Assembly: GCA_951406725.2 (NCBI GenBank)
Contig: OX597829.1
Span: 8,060,001-8,124,000, forward strand
Origin: Octopus vulgaris
Lineage: Eukaryota
Direction of reading: 5' to 3'
DNA length: 64,000 bases
Under the pieces are notes generated by a model that worked only from the letters and a program-made list of their open reading frames with translations, was not told the origin of the DNA and made no database searches. Made by a program: the position numbers and the translations under genes. Below are positions 23,532-36,699 of this stretch, in pieces. Within the stretch, counting starts at the first letter, position 1. Each line of letters starts with the position of its first letter.

Positions 23532-24255
23532 CTAGCAAACACACCCATCCTTTGGATGGTTTAAGTTGCTTTTGTGGTATTTTTTTCACCAAATAATTGA
23601 ACTACCGAGAAGGCTTATGTGTAGCATGGCAATCTGTTTCCGATTAACCTAGGAATGGAAAATCAAATTGAAGGCTGGTTATTGTGGAGGTCGTTGCACT
23701 TTGATTATCACAGAACACATAAGTAAAGGTAAGGTTGCCAAAGTTTAATGCAGTTTCAATATGTAGATTAAGATAGTTTGGTATTGGATATTCATCACAG
23801 ATAGTTTTCCTAGTCAACTGAATCACCATCGTAAGTGGACAGCAGAAATAAATAGATGAAATCCTTTCACTTTTATAAAAAGATTAAAAAGAAAATGAGG
23901 GCAAAAAGCACTTGTTTTTTCACAATGAAAAATCGTTTCCTAGTAGCCTGAATTTCGTGACAAAATGTATGTTTATTAAGCACAACAGCCTGCAGTGCAT
24001 GCTGCTGGGTATTAAAAGCCAATCGCACAAACCTAGAGGGGCTCGGGACCCCCTTGAATTGATAAAAAATCACTCTTTTCGCCATAGTAACCACATCTTT
24101 ATAGCTTGCAAATTTTAACCATCGTGGATCTCATCTTCACCACACATTTAGTATCCCTGCCAATTTTCAGCTCGATCCTAGCCTCGGTTTGGTCGCCATT
24201 AACCGTCAAAGCAAAATGTGCATACAATTTTCATCCAAGGACTGTTTTATATATA
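23532..24255 (-). mobile_element. Non-autonomous Helitron-like element
   Basis: CTAG end with adjacent hairpin CCATCC-ttt-GGATGG; flanked by TA repeats. Confidence 0.5.
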
Positions 24256-24430
24256 TATATATATATATATAAAATTTCAATAAGGAATTTATAAAATGAT
24301 AAAATAGACATAAGGTTAAAATTTGTTTTCCATTACTGAAGCAGTAAGGTACATATTGGATATAAGGAGTGATAAAGGATAACAAAATAAAGATAAAAAT
24401 AAAAACTAAAACTAATAATAAGAATAATAA

Positions 24431-24434
<4 letters not shown>

Positions 24435-24463
<29 letters not shown>

Positions 24464-25160
24464 GTTTAACGTCCGCTTTCCATGCTAGCATGGGTTGGAC
24501 GGTTCAACTGGGGTCTGGGAAGCCCAAAGGCTGCACCAGGCCAGTCAGATCTGGCAGAGTTTCTACAGCTGGATGCCCTTCCTAACGCCAACCACTCTGT
24601 GAGTGTAGTGGGTGCTATTTATGTGCCACCGACACAGGTGCCAGACGAAGCTGGCGAACGGCCACGCTCGGATGGTGTATTTTATGTGCCACCGACACAA
24701 GTGCCAAGATGAGGCTGGCGAACAGCCACGCTCGGATGGTGCTTTTTATGTGCCACCGACACAGGTGCCAGACGAGGCTGGCGAATGGCCACTCTCGGAT
24801 GGTGCTTTTTATGTGCCACCGACACAGGTGCCAGACGAGGCTGGCGAACGGCCACGCTCGGATGGTGCTTTTTATGTGCCACCGACACAGGTGCCAGATG
24901 AGGCTGGCGAACGGCTACACTCGGATGGTGTTTTTTATGTGCCACCAACACAGGTGCCAGACGAGGTTGGCGAACGGCCACGCTCGGATGGTGTTTTTTA
25001 TGTGCCACCGACACAGGTGCCAGACGAGGCTGGCGAACGGCCACGCTCGGATGGTGTTTTTTATGTGCCACCGACACAGGTGCCAGATGAGGCTGGTGAA
25101 TGGCCACGCTCGGATGGTGTTTTTTATGTGCCACCGACACAGGTACTAGACAAGGCTGAA
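24435..25160 (-). mobile_element. RTE 3' UTR with a 63-bp minisatellite expansion (~8.5 copies, 24621-25160)
   Basis: Unit ATGTGCCACCGACACAGGTGCCAGACGAGGCTGGCGAACGGCCACGCTCGGATGGTGCTTTTT. Confidence 0.9.
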
Positions 25161-26036
25161 AAAATAAAATAATAATTTGTAAAAAATATAATAAGGATAG
25201 CTCAAAGTTTTCCTAACAAATTGAATTAAGAAATAAATAAAGTAAGATGAGGATGCCATTAGATGTGGGTTTTATAAAGTATAATATTGTAGGTGCTGTT
25301 GTATGTAGAATTACATAGTTCCTAGTGGGTATAGACTACACCTAAGGGAGGCATATGATGCGATAACTCATTACAAATATACCTGTTCTGACTGAGAGAG
25401 CAGGAAGTCTTGGAACTGAAGGAAAAACAGTGTAATCAATGTATAGGATGAATGCAGACTAAACTGGTCAGGGTTCGCAGAAGGCAATATTATATATGAT
25501 ATATAATTTACTACACTAGTGGGTATGTTGTGAAAAATATGACACCCCACATAATTTCTGACATCAAATTCAAAGTATGATGAATATGATAATATTTGTT
25601 TCCAAAATATTTAAACATGTGGGTGATGCTATGCACACAGGATACCCTAAAGTCAAATCTATTATTAATTAGCTTATTCTTGTCTCTGTACTTAAAAATC
25701 TCATAAGTTTCCATAAAACAAATTTGGATCGATATCTGCTATTTTTGTATGGCTGCCCCCTCTCATTTAAGGCTAAATCTACTCTTGCTTTCCTTAAGTT
25801 CCCAGATCTTATGAGATAAAGAAGTAATATTAGCTTTATGTCTAAGTCTAAATGGTGTATATCAAATTGATGTAATATTTACATTATTTGATTAAATGGA
25901 GTCACCTGAAACAGCTGTATTGCATTAATACCTTGACATCCTTGTTACTTATTTGCTTTTTATTCACCTTATTTTGAACTGAGCGGATACCGGACTGACT
26001 TAGTGCTTCAACTTAAGAACCTAGTTCAACTGAATC

Positions 26037-26099
<63 letters not shown>

Positions 26100-26102
<3 letters not shown>

Positions 26103-26225
26103 TTATCGTTTAACGTCCGTTTTCTGTGCTAACACAGGTTTGATGGTTCCAGTCTGATCTGGCAGAGTTTCTACAGCTGGATGCCTTTCCTAATGCCAAC
26201 CACTCCGTGACTGTAGTGGGTGCTT

Positions 26226-26226
<1 letters not shown>
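26100..26226 (-). mobile_element. RTE tail fragment
   Basis: Shortened RTE 3' end. Confidence 0.65.
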
Positions 26227-26277
<51 letters not shown>

Positions 26278-26281
<4 letters not shown>

Positions 26282-26478
26282 ATCCAAACAAGAAAACACA
26301 AAAAAACACAACAACGCGAGGACATGGAGCAAATAAAGTATTATTGGACGCTCAGGAAAGAAGGGAAGAAGGAGGGTTTAACATTTTGAGCGGAGCTCTT
26401 CGTTGGAAACATAGGAGAAGGAATGATCCAGAGAAGGGAAGACAGAGGAAAAAAAATCGCCAACGGTACACACGAGGT

Positions 26479-26481
<3 letters not shown>
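26278..26481 (-). mobile_element. Penelope-type pLTR with mutated mini-hammerhead
   Basis: Family of 62450-62650. Confidence 0.65.
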
Positions 26482-26532
<51 letters not shown>

Positions 26533-26559
26533 TGTCTCCTCTAATACACATGTGCTCTC

Positions 26560-27238
26560 TCTCTCTCTCATTCATCTACAAGCTATAATCCCGAGCGCAG
26601 ATAAGATAAGTTTGAATGCTTATTTTTCACTTCTCGACTGACCATTCATGTTTCTCTATCTATCTATCTAACTATTTTATCAAATTTCTCTATCTATCTA
26701 TCTATTTTATCTAATTTTATTCATTTCTTCGTCGTATCTTCGCGGTGCACCCGCCCTGCCCACCCCCACCACCAATACCGGATATCTCTATATTTTTGCT
26801 CCATCTATACCGATGTCGCTTCTCCCACCACCATTATAGGTGTCTACTCTTCGAACCCCCCCTCATCAATACGCTATTTCACCATGCATTACCCCTCTCT
26901 TAATATCCTACGTTCTACTTGCCTAGAACCTGCCATCATTTCTCTGAACCACCCCTCCCCACTGGTGCTCCCCTAAATTTCGGCACCCCCCCACATAAAA
27001 AGCACCATCCGAACGTGGCCGATGCCAGACCCCTCTGGCACCTGTGCAGGTGGCACGTAAAAAGCACCCACAACACTCGCGGAGTGGTTGGCGTTAGGAA
27101 GGGCATCCAGCTGTAGAAACACTGCCAGACCAGACTGGAGCCTGGGGCAGTCCCTAGCTCCCCAGACCCCGGTCGAAACCGTCCAACCCGTGCTAGCGCG
27201 GAAAACGGACGTTAATCGATGATGATGATGATGATGAT
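26560..27238 (+). mobile_element. Bipartite non-autonomous RTE (5' UTR fused to 3' UTR)
   Basis: 26743-26980 matches RTE 5' UTR blocks (reverse of 20570-21243); 26990-27238 is an RTE 3' UTR with (GAT)n; no ORF between; 5' boundary uncertain. Confidence 0.7.
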
Positions 27239-27254
27239 ATATATGTATAAATAT

Positions 27255-27590
27255 ATTCTTTTATTGTTTTACTTCAGCGCCTTTAGTTGAACAAATTGAC
27301 CCCAGGACTTATTCTTTGTAAGTCTAGTGCTTATTTTATCACTCTTTGGTAGGAGTACAAACACAAACAAATACATACATACATACATACATACATGCAT
27401 ATATATATATGGGTATATATATATATGTATATACATGACAGGCTTCTTTCAGTTTCCGTTTACCAAATACATTCACAAGGCATTGGTCAGTCTGAGACTA
27501 CAGTAGAAGACACTTGTCCAAGGTGTCACACAGTGGGACTGAACCCAGAACCATGTGGTTGTGAAGCAAGCGTCTTACCACACAGCCTAT
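27255..27590 (-). mobile_element. SINE family A, internally deleted
   Basis: Reverse match to 4391-4780. Confidence 0.65.
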
Positions 27591-27596
27591 CCTGTG

Positions 27597-28948
27597 TCAT
27601 CATCATCATCATCGTTTAGCGTCTGCTTTCCATGCTGGCATGGGTTGGACGGTGCAACTGGGGTCTGGGAAGCTGGGGTCTGGCAATGGCCATGATCGGA
27701 TGGTGCTTTTTACGTGCCACCGGCATGGAAGCCAGTCAGGGTGGTGCTGGCAACGGCCACGTTTGGATGGTTCTCTTATGTGCCACCGGCACTGGTATCA
27801 CAGCTACAATTTCCATTCATGTTGATCGATTTTGATTTTTGATTTTGATTTTGATTTTGATTTTGATTTTCACTTGCCTCAACAGGTCTTCACAAGTAGG
27901 GTTTTGTGTCCCAAGAAGAAAAGGTATGCATGAGTGGACTGAGGCCATGGGTGATGGTCTCACTTGTCCTGCCAGGTCTTCTCACGCACAGCATACTTCC
28001 AAAGGTCTCGGTCTCAAGTCATTTCCTTGGTGAGACCTAAAGTTCGAAGGTCGTGCTCCACCACCTCGTCCCAGGTTTTCCTGGGTCTGCCTCTTCCACA
28101 GGATCCCTCAAAAGCTAGGGTGTGGCACTTTTTCACACAACTTTCTTCATCCATTCTCGCCACATGGCCATACCAGCGCAAACGTCTCTCTTGCACACCG
28201 CAACTGATGCTTCTTAGGTCCAACTTCTCTCTCAAGGTACTTACACTCTGTCGAGTATGAACACTGACATTACACATCCATCGGAGCATACTGGCTTCAT
28301 TTCTTGCGAGCTTACGCATATCTTCAGTAGTCATGGCCCATGTTTCACTGCCATGTAGCATGGCTGTTCGTACACTTGCATCATACAGTCTGCCTTTTAC
28401 TCTGAGCGAGAGGCCTTTTGTCCCTAGCAGAGGTAAGAGCTCTCTGAACTTTGCCCAGGCTATTCTTACTCTAGCAGTTACACTTTCAACACACCCACCC
28501 CCGCTACTGACTTGGTCACCTAGGTAACGGAAGCTATCAACTATTTCTAGTTTTTCTCCCTGGAATGTGGTGGAAGTTGCTCTCTGCGCATTTTCAGTGT
28601 TTATTGCTCCTGAGCATCTGCCACATACAATAACTATCTTCCTAGTTAGCCTTCCTTTGACGTTGCTGCACTTCTTATGTGTCCATAGCTTACACTTGGT
28701 GCATCTTATAGAGTTTCTACCTATGCCTTTCCTACAGATCGAGCAAGGCCATCTACCTGAAGGCGTTTGTGACTTGTCTACCTTCCTACTTATTAGGACT
28801 TTGGTTTTAGCTAGGTTGACTCTAAGGCCCTTCGATTCTAATCCTTGCTTCCACACCTGAAACTTCTCCTCCAGTTGTGATAGTGACTCAGCAATTAGAG
28901 CATGGTTATCAGCATAGAGGAGCTCCCAGGGGCATCCTGTCTTGAATT
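27597..28948 (-). mobile_element. 5'-truncated RTE LINE (subfamily 2), RT C-terminal part with PHD-like finger
   Basis: ORF 28014-28970 strongly similar to 17246-20482; catalytic motif mutated to YADN. Confidence 0.9.
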
Positions 28949-29199
28949 CAAGCCAGTTTATTACTATCATATAGTCTTATATTGGAAATGGAGAGGCAAA
29001 TCCAATAATCATCAGAAATGTCTGTAACCTAATAATACACCTAATCTGTCTCCTAGTATGTGAGTGCCTGTTTCTTTTCTGATTCATAAAGTATTGAACA
29101 GTTATGTGTGTGTGTGTGTGTGTGTGTGTACGTGTGTACACATATATGTTTATAGTTTATGAGGCTGTAGAGGAGGTTATCATGCTCAATGATTGATGT

Positions 29200-29805
29200 A
29201 TCAGTATTACAGACAACTGCTACAAGAGTAAAGGAGATACGTAAGATCGAAGTCATTGGAGAGGTATCAAATTCCTAGACCAGGTCATGAAAGTTACAGA
29301 AAGGGTTAAAGCTCAATTAATTACGAAAGAGGTAGCCTAGACAAGATATAGTTTGGTTTTATACATTACTGATATCCTCTTTCTTTTCTCTCTTTCAGGA
29401 AAATTACCTTGCTTGAAAAGGTATAGGCAGAAGTTCCATAAGGTATACTCAGTGTAAACTGTGGACATGTAAGAGAGGTTTAATGGAATCACAAGAATAT
29501 TAACGGAGGAAGTAGACTTTTTAAGTGGCAGAAGCCCAGGAATATTAATCATTAACAACACATCGGAAATAGACTTCCTCAAATGCCCAGCAAGATCCTT
29601 AGAGGTAGTAGATTTCTTTTTGTTATCAAGCTAACCTAATTAGCAGTGGAGGAGGATGTACTAAAAGCATAGTCGCTAGAATAAGACCTAGCTGGAAAAA
29701 CTTTGGAAAGTTATTACCTCTGTTAAGAACGAAAAGCTTCTCTCTCTTTCAGGATGAAAGATACATGGCATGATGCTTATGTATGAACAGTAATGCTACA
29801 TAGTA
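29200..29805 (+). pseudogene. Old decayed RTE RT fragment
   Basis: NCYKSKGD, RGIKFLDQVMKVTERV, LEVVD motifs with stops. Confidence 0.65.
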
Positions 29806-29934
29806 AAAAAACTTATTTATTTTTATTAAAATTTGCGTTGCCTCTTGCAAATGAATTGAAATCAGAACGGTGAGTGTGTTAAATTAATAAGGCACTAAAA
29901 GAGAATGACTCTCCCCAGACACAATAAAATTTTT

Positions 29935-30911
29935 ATTACATGTTTTTGGTAATTTCTGGTGGGAAGGCTTGTGTTGCAATTATAAATCCTTCAGTCTCTG
30001 CTTTGAGTCCTGAGATTCTCAGCCATTGCTGGGATTTTTCTCTGTCTATTTCTTTTGCATTTAGTTAAGTCCAGTATTTGCCATGAAGGGGCTTCTCTTG
30101 CCATCGTTTTATCATGATCCATTGCTGTTCCAGTTTTAGTTTGGATTTCATTTGTCTTACATCTTTTGTTGTTTCTTCTTTTTCTTCATATTTGTTAGGT
30201 ACTATGACTTCTTTTTTGTATTTGACAGCTTCCTTAACCCTTTAGTGTTTAAACCGGCCATATCCGGCCCAAATATTCTACATGTTTTATATTCAAACCG
30301 GCGATATCTGGCCTCTTACACCTTAACCTACATTGACATTCTAAAAATAAACAATCACATCACTGAAACCTCAAAAGCTATAAGATAATGCAGGATTAAT
30401 TAAAAACAATTTGAGTAAAAAAATATTACATTTAACAGAGTAATCTGAACACTAAAGGGTTAAAGACTGAAAACAGTTTTTTTTGTTCATGTTTTGTGGC
30501 TATTTATATTAGTTTTCCGTGCTTCTATAGTAGGTATTTTTGCAGTCCTATGGTGGTTATTTTATAATAGTTTTCCAGCTGTATAAGGCCTCTACTACCT
30601 TCTATACGTTGTATATATAGCCTTTCTATGTCAGATTTTGTGTGGTGCATCCTACATCATGTCATTATTTTTCTTGCTTTCTTGTCTATTTTGGTCAGTT
30701 CATTTAGCGTCAAGTTAAGAATATAGTATCTGTAACTTATAACTGAGACAGCTAGAAGGTTGATACCTATTATCTTGTTTTTAGCATTGAGCTCTGTTTT
30801 TAGTATTAATCTAACTCATTTATAGTATTCTTTTTTTATTTTCTCTTTTATTTGTGTGTGTTGTATCATTTCTAGCTTGGTGATTCCTAAGTATTTGTAT
30901 GTCTGGCTTTG

Positions 30912-30912
<1 letters not shown>
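29935..30912 (-). pseudogene. R4/Dong-like LINE fragment interrupted by a MITE
   Basis: TYKYLGI, LKTELNAKNKIIGIN, MHHTKSDIERLY...RGLIQLE. Confidence 0.65.
30238..30459. mobile_element. piggyBac-type MITE
   Basis: TTAA on both sides; TIRs CCCTTTAGTGTT / AACACTAAAGGG. Confidence 0.8.
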
Positions 30913-30973
<61 letters not shown>

Positions 30974-30980
30974 GATTATT

Positions 30981-32150
30981 ATTAGGTTGTTTGGAAAGTA
31001 ATTGGGTTTTTACACCACTATAAAATATGAATCAACCAATCACATCAGGACCATGGGCAAATGGGTGGGAACTGTCTAGAAATAGTGTATCATCTCCTCT
31101 ATCTGGCAATGTGTGTCATTCGTAGTTACTTTGGTAATTAATCCTATGGAGAATAAGAACTTCATGAAATAATTATATTCACTATTGCTTGTTGTACGAG
31201 TTTTGAAAAAAAAAGCGTCACTGCAGAAGCAATGAAAAACATTTGTGAAGCATATTTAGATGCAGTGAAAGCTCGTACATATCAGCTGGGGTTTAAAAGG
31301 TTTAAAGATGACAATTATAACATGTCTGACAAGCCTCACTCCGGAAGATGACCCACTCTGATTGACAACCTTTTGAATTAGACTATTGTCTCAGATCCAT
31401 GTCAAAGCATCAGAAATTTGGTACAAAAATTTAATGTATCATGTTCAATTATCCGTGAACAACTCAAGCCGATTGGAGAAACATGCAAAAAGGAAATTTT
31501 GGTTCCACATGAGCTTATGCTTAAGGACCAAACACAATGTTCCACCATCTGGAGCAGTCTTCTAAACAGGAATAGCAACCTATCATTTCTACAGCACATT
31601 GTCATAGGTGATGACAAATGGGTTTTACATGACAACAGAAAACGAAAAAGACAATGATTATCACGTAATGAGAGGCAAGTGTCATCACCAAAACCAGAAC
31701 TCTATCCTCAAAAATCTTTGCTTTATGTTTGGTTGAATATGAAAGGTATTGTCCATTGTGAGTTATTGCAACATGGAAGGATCATTAATGCTGATGTTAT
31801 TGCCAACAACTTGATCAGGTAAATGAAAAATTACACTGAAAGTAGCCAGCTTTGGAACATAGAAAAGGCGTTATTCTCCAGCATGACAAGGTTTGGCTGC
31901 ACTCTTCAAAACAAACCCAAGAAAAAAATAAGATCATTAGGATGGGAAGTTTTTCCACATCTTCCACACTCACCTGACTTAGCTCCTATGGATTTCCATC
32001 TCTTCTTATCACTGGAACGTTTTATACGAAGCAAAACATTCAGAAACAGAGAGGAAGCTGAAAACAATCTTTCAGACTTTTTTCAGGAAAAGAAACAGAA
32101 TATCTCTGAATGTGGCATAAAAAAAGTTACTTTCCCATCGAAAAGCATTG
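30981..32150 (+). pseudogene. Decayed mariner (DD34D-type) transposon
   Basis: HIVIGDDKWVLHDN, WEVFPHLPHSPDLAPMDFHLFLSL; TIR-like ATTAGGTTGTTTGGAAAGTAAT. Confidence 0.85.
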
Positions 32151-32178
32151 TGATTAATATAACAACAACAACAACAAC

Positions 32179-32238
<60 letters not shown>

Positions 32239-32956
32239 GTTCTGATTCAATACCAGGCAGTGGCTCTCATGGCTTCTGATCTTAACTTATTGGAAGTGTT
32301 TACATGTTCATATTCAGTCTTAATGTAAAAGATGTACTACTGCAAATGTTTTGCTATACCACAGATTTACTTGTCAGTTGCGTGAACTTAACCAATTAAG
32401 CATGTTCCTTAGTAGCTGATGATATGTCCATCTCTGATCACGAGCAGGAGTAGTGGGGGAGCATCATATCACTATAATGAAAGGAATTCTCTGGGGTTTG
32501 CATAATTCACCTCAGGAAACATGGGTGTTTTGTTCATCAAACTTAAGCAACCATCATTCAAAGACCTTTTGAGTTGGATGGGCTACTCGACCAGAAGAAA
32601 ATTCTAACTGGGCCCCACCTGCAAGGCCATGCACTGTTTATCTTAATATGAGATTACCATGTCATGCACATAGGGTTATGATGCATGTGTCTGGTGTACC
32701 CTTATCAGATGAGTTGTCATGATTAGTATACTGGGCTTTGTATATTTGTATCTCAGTGTCACATTTATGTTTTGCTTTGCTCTCTTAATAACAACAACAA
32801 CAACAACAACAGCAGCAGCAGCAGCAGCGGGAGCAATAATAACATGAATTATAAGCAAGGAATTAGATACTGAAGTAAACTACAAATATTTAAGTGTGTG
32901 TGAGGGGCACCCTCAAATACATAAAAAAATTGAGAATGAATGTTATTAGAGAATTA

Positions 32957-33166
32957 CTCTCTTTTACTCTTTTACTTGTTTCAATCATTTGACTGTGGCC
33001 ATGCTGGAGCACCACCTTTAGTCGAGCAAATCGACCCCAAGACTTATTCTTTGGAAGCCTAGTACTTATTCTATCAGTCTTTTTGCTGAACTGCTAAGTT
33101 ACGGGGACGTAAACACATCAGCATCGGTTGTCAAGCGATGTTGGGAGGACAAACGCAGACACACAA

Positions 33167-33215
<49 letters not shown>

Positions 33216-33382
33216 TACGATGGGCTTTTTTCAGTTTCCGTCTACCAAATCCACTCACAAGGCTTTGGTCGGCCTGAGGCTATAGTAGAAGACACTTGCC
33301 CAAGGTGCCACGCAGTGGGACTGAACCTGGGACCATGTGGTTGGTAAGCAAGCTACTTACCACACAGCCACTCCTACGCCTA
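32957..33382 (-). mobile_element. Full-length SINE family A
   Basis: Minus strand AGGCGTAGGAGTGGCTGTGTGG...GGTTCAGTCCC; (GAGTAAAA)n tail. Confidence 0.85.
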
Positions 33383-33389
33383 TTTAAAG

Positions 33390-34500
33390 CTATCTGAAAA
33401 AGAACTTATTGTAAGAAGCAGGATTGGTGCTATCACTGTGTTTATTATACCTGTTATGACCTTCAGCTTTAATACCATAAAATGGTCTGCCAATTAGATC
33501 AATAAATTTGATACAAAAATATCAAAGTTTCTCACAAAACATACAGTCAAACTATAAATATCATGGAATGATGGAGGATGTGGACTGATGCAGCTGCAAC
33601 TGTTTCTAAAGGCAGCATCTATATGGTGAGACACCGATCTACAGAACACCAATTACTGGATGCTTAAATTTGTCTGCAAATATGAATCACTAAGAAACTA
33701 CACTCAATATCAAAAATAAAGAAATGGTAAAGGAATTAAAGATCAACAAAACTGATGAAACAGAAGAACCAACTGTGAAAACAAAAATAAAAGCACAAAC
33801 CAAATCAAATGGTATCTTAGAGCTTTCAGAGGCAGACCCATGGGAGTGCATGAGGGGCATGTACCCCACCCAAGAAAAGAAGTGTGCCTTCTAAATAATG
33901 TTATTACACCCTTTTCTCCTGGAATTGTATTCCCTTCTGACCTTGTTCCCTCTCTTTGAAAAATTCCTGGGACTGCACCTGGCTGTGTAGTAGGCTGAAA
34001 AGTAAGGTAATACCTGGCAAATGCTTGACATAAGCCAACAGTTCTGATATTGATGTAAATCAGACATACACCAGTAGTTGGCTGCATTTGGGCTTAAATG
34101 AAAAACAGAAGATTTCATTATGTTCAACTAAGGATCACTGTATTCCATCAGAAATTATCAAACCAATATTCTTTAAAATTTTACTGATCCTACCAGCCAC
34201 TTTCATGCTACAAGCAAAGAAACAATTGACTACATGAAAATTTGGTGGTGCTATGTTAGCCTCAAATAAGTTTACTAATCGCTTTATAAACCTAGTCTGT
34301 ATTTGCACTAACATAAGCCTGTCAAAGTAGAAGAAAGTATAGACATTGACTGGTTGAGTTGCTCATGCTGATAGACCAGATATTGTGATGAAAAATCCCA
34401 TTGATAAAGCATTTTACTAATAGATGTGTCAATCCCAGCGGACTGCAATATCTCTGTGAAAATGTTTAGAAAGTGAATGCAAATAATACCAAATGGTGCT
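33390..34500 (+). pseudogene. Very decayed R4/Dong-like LINE 3' part
   Basis: GGCGLMQL-like and DRPDIV...LLIDVSIP endonuclease-like remnants. Confidence 0.4.
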
Positions 34501-36699
34501 CTTAAATGGTCAAACAGCAGGAAATCCCAAAATATTGTAAAACCCCAAAATATTGTTCTTATTCATATATCCTACAGCCTAAAAAGAAAATGCTATCAAC
34601 CTGAGAATATCTGAATCTTTTAAAATCATAAATCACAAACTTTTGATAAAATCTTGATGCCCAGCATTTGGTCTTGTTTCCCGGGAATGTATCATTGTTA
34701 ATCCTAATACTTACAGTAAAACAATCAGCTTGCTTTTTCTTGAGTTCTCTGGGTGAGACATGATACAGAGCATTTAAAAGAAAGAAAGAACAACAATGTA
34801 GTGGTAGTGGTGGGGGTGGGGGTATGTTGCTGCTGCTGATAATGATGTTGAGAAGGAGAAAGACTTCGTTTATTTACCACAGAGGTTTCAAATAAAGGGG
34901 ACATTTCAAAGGTATGCTGCATAAAGTAATGGATTTACAGAAAACCTGAGTGAACTATGGGAGTATTACTGTTGATATTTTTTGCCATAGCCACCCATCT
35001 TTTTTTATTACCTTCCTTTCCAAGTGAAATTTGAGAAAGTGGAGGTTTGACCAAAAAGGCAAGTTACTGTCTTCAGTCCATCACTGCCCTTAACAACCAG
35101 AAAGAGGTAAACTGCCTGTCCTTTCCAACTAAAGGAAGGAAGTGGAATGGTTTTCATGATAGACTTGATTCATAGCTGAATCTGTGCTAAACATGCCAAC
35201 ATGTTATGTTTGACATAATTCTTCAAGTCATTAATGTCAAACACTGACTGAATGCTTGCAGAACCATTTTGTGGATTTGTGCACATCTCATGTAAGCCTG
35301 TTTGACAGCATTTCTGTATCTATAGAATTTATCTCAAGCCATCAGTATCTCTTAATAACACTGCCAAGTCAAAACATCCTGGTGAATTATCCAGATTCGA
35401 AGGTCTCCTGGGACATTCCAGCCTATTCATCTCTTCATTGCCCTGAGTTTTACAAGTATATTCCAGCAAAAACAAAAACATTGTGAGAATGAATCTTTAC
35501 GATCTCCTCTAATTGCAGTTACACTTTTGAAAGGACTGCTCTCTGTCTTTTGGACTGGATGTTGTTATTGTTGTTGTTATTGCTGTATTCATTTCCTTTT
35601 CATATTTTCTCTTATTACTGTATTGTACTCGTGAGTGTTAGATAAGTCATTATTGTGATGCTGGTGCTGTTGGTTGGCTCACTTTATTTTTACACTTTGT
35701 TTTTTTTTAATCTTTTTGTTCAAACACAGTGAGAACAATAATGAAAACATGGTGGTGGTGGTGGTGGTGGTGGTGGCGGTGGTATGTTGCTGCTGCTGCT
35801 GATGATGAGGATGAGGAAAAGGATTTCTTTTATTTACGACAGAGGTTTCAAATAAAGGTCTTTTTTAATAATGGCTTCATTTTGCCCTTGTCACATGATC
35901 AGGGTTTCTGAATCCATTAATTCTGAACCAGAAGGAAAAGGTAGACCTATGAGTGAGTGTATACTTGTAGATTAGCAAGCGCCTCATTTTGTTGGAGTAG
36001 TTATAACGGTGGTGGCGGTGGTGGTGGTGGTGGCAACAGTGGCTGTAGTGGAATTGTTCTTTCCTGGGCTGCAGTGCTGGCTTCTACCATTGATGCCATT
36101 ATTAGAGGTGGTGGTGCTGCTGTTGTAGTCCAAGTTTGTTCCTGTAGTTGATGCTGTTGCTTTGTTTGTGGGGCTTCTCTTCATACTGTTAATTGTTTTT
36201 GGTTATTATTGTTGATATTGTTGTTGTTGGTAGCAGTATGGCTCTTCTTTTTGCTCCCCTTTGTTGTGTTGTTGTGGACAGACCTTCCAGTGGTTGATGC
36301 TACTCCAAGTTTTGAATCTAAGTTTTCTGCTTTCCACTATAACCTACAATTGTGATCCATTTGGTTGGTCAATCAGATCAAGAATTTGATCCAGTATTTC
36401 CAGTTTTATCAGGATCAAGATCTGCAACCTTGTTCAATTCTATTCTATTAAAAAAATTTTTTTCATATTGAGCAGAGTGTTCTGACCTTCAAGGAAAATA
36501 CATGCCACCACCTACCAGATGTCTAATCTCGTAACACACCTGAAATTTTGACTTTTATTACACACTGACTAAGGTATGTGAGAAGGAGAAAAAGGTCATC
36601 CTCATTTTTGTATTGAACTATAAGAGTGTTTTTGTTTTAGGTTTCACTGAGTAATTTCACTTTAAGATAGTCATCTTGTTAGTTTAAATCATTAAGTTT

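Noticed and set aside
24621-25160. CRISPR-like array or repeat protein (186-aa ORF)
   Set aside because: Head-to-tail 63-bp units without unique spacers inside an RTE 3' UTR; the ORFs arise from the in-frame period
34770-35860. Diverged ~130-bp direct repeats (34770 and 35720) as LTRs
   Set aside because: Largely trinucleotide low-complexity; no TG..CA ends, PBS or TSD visible
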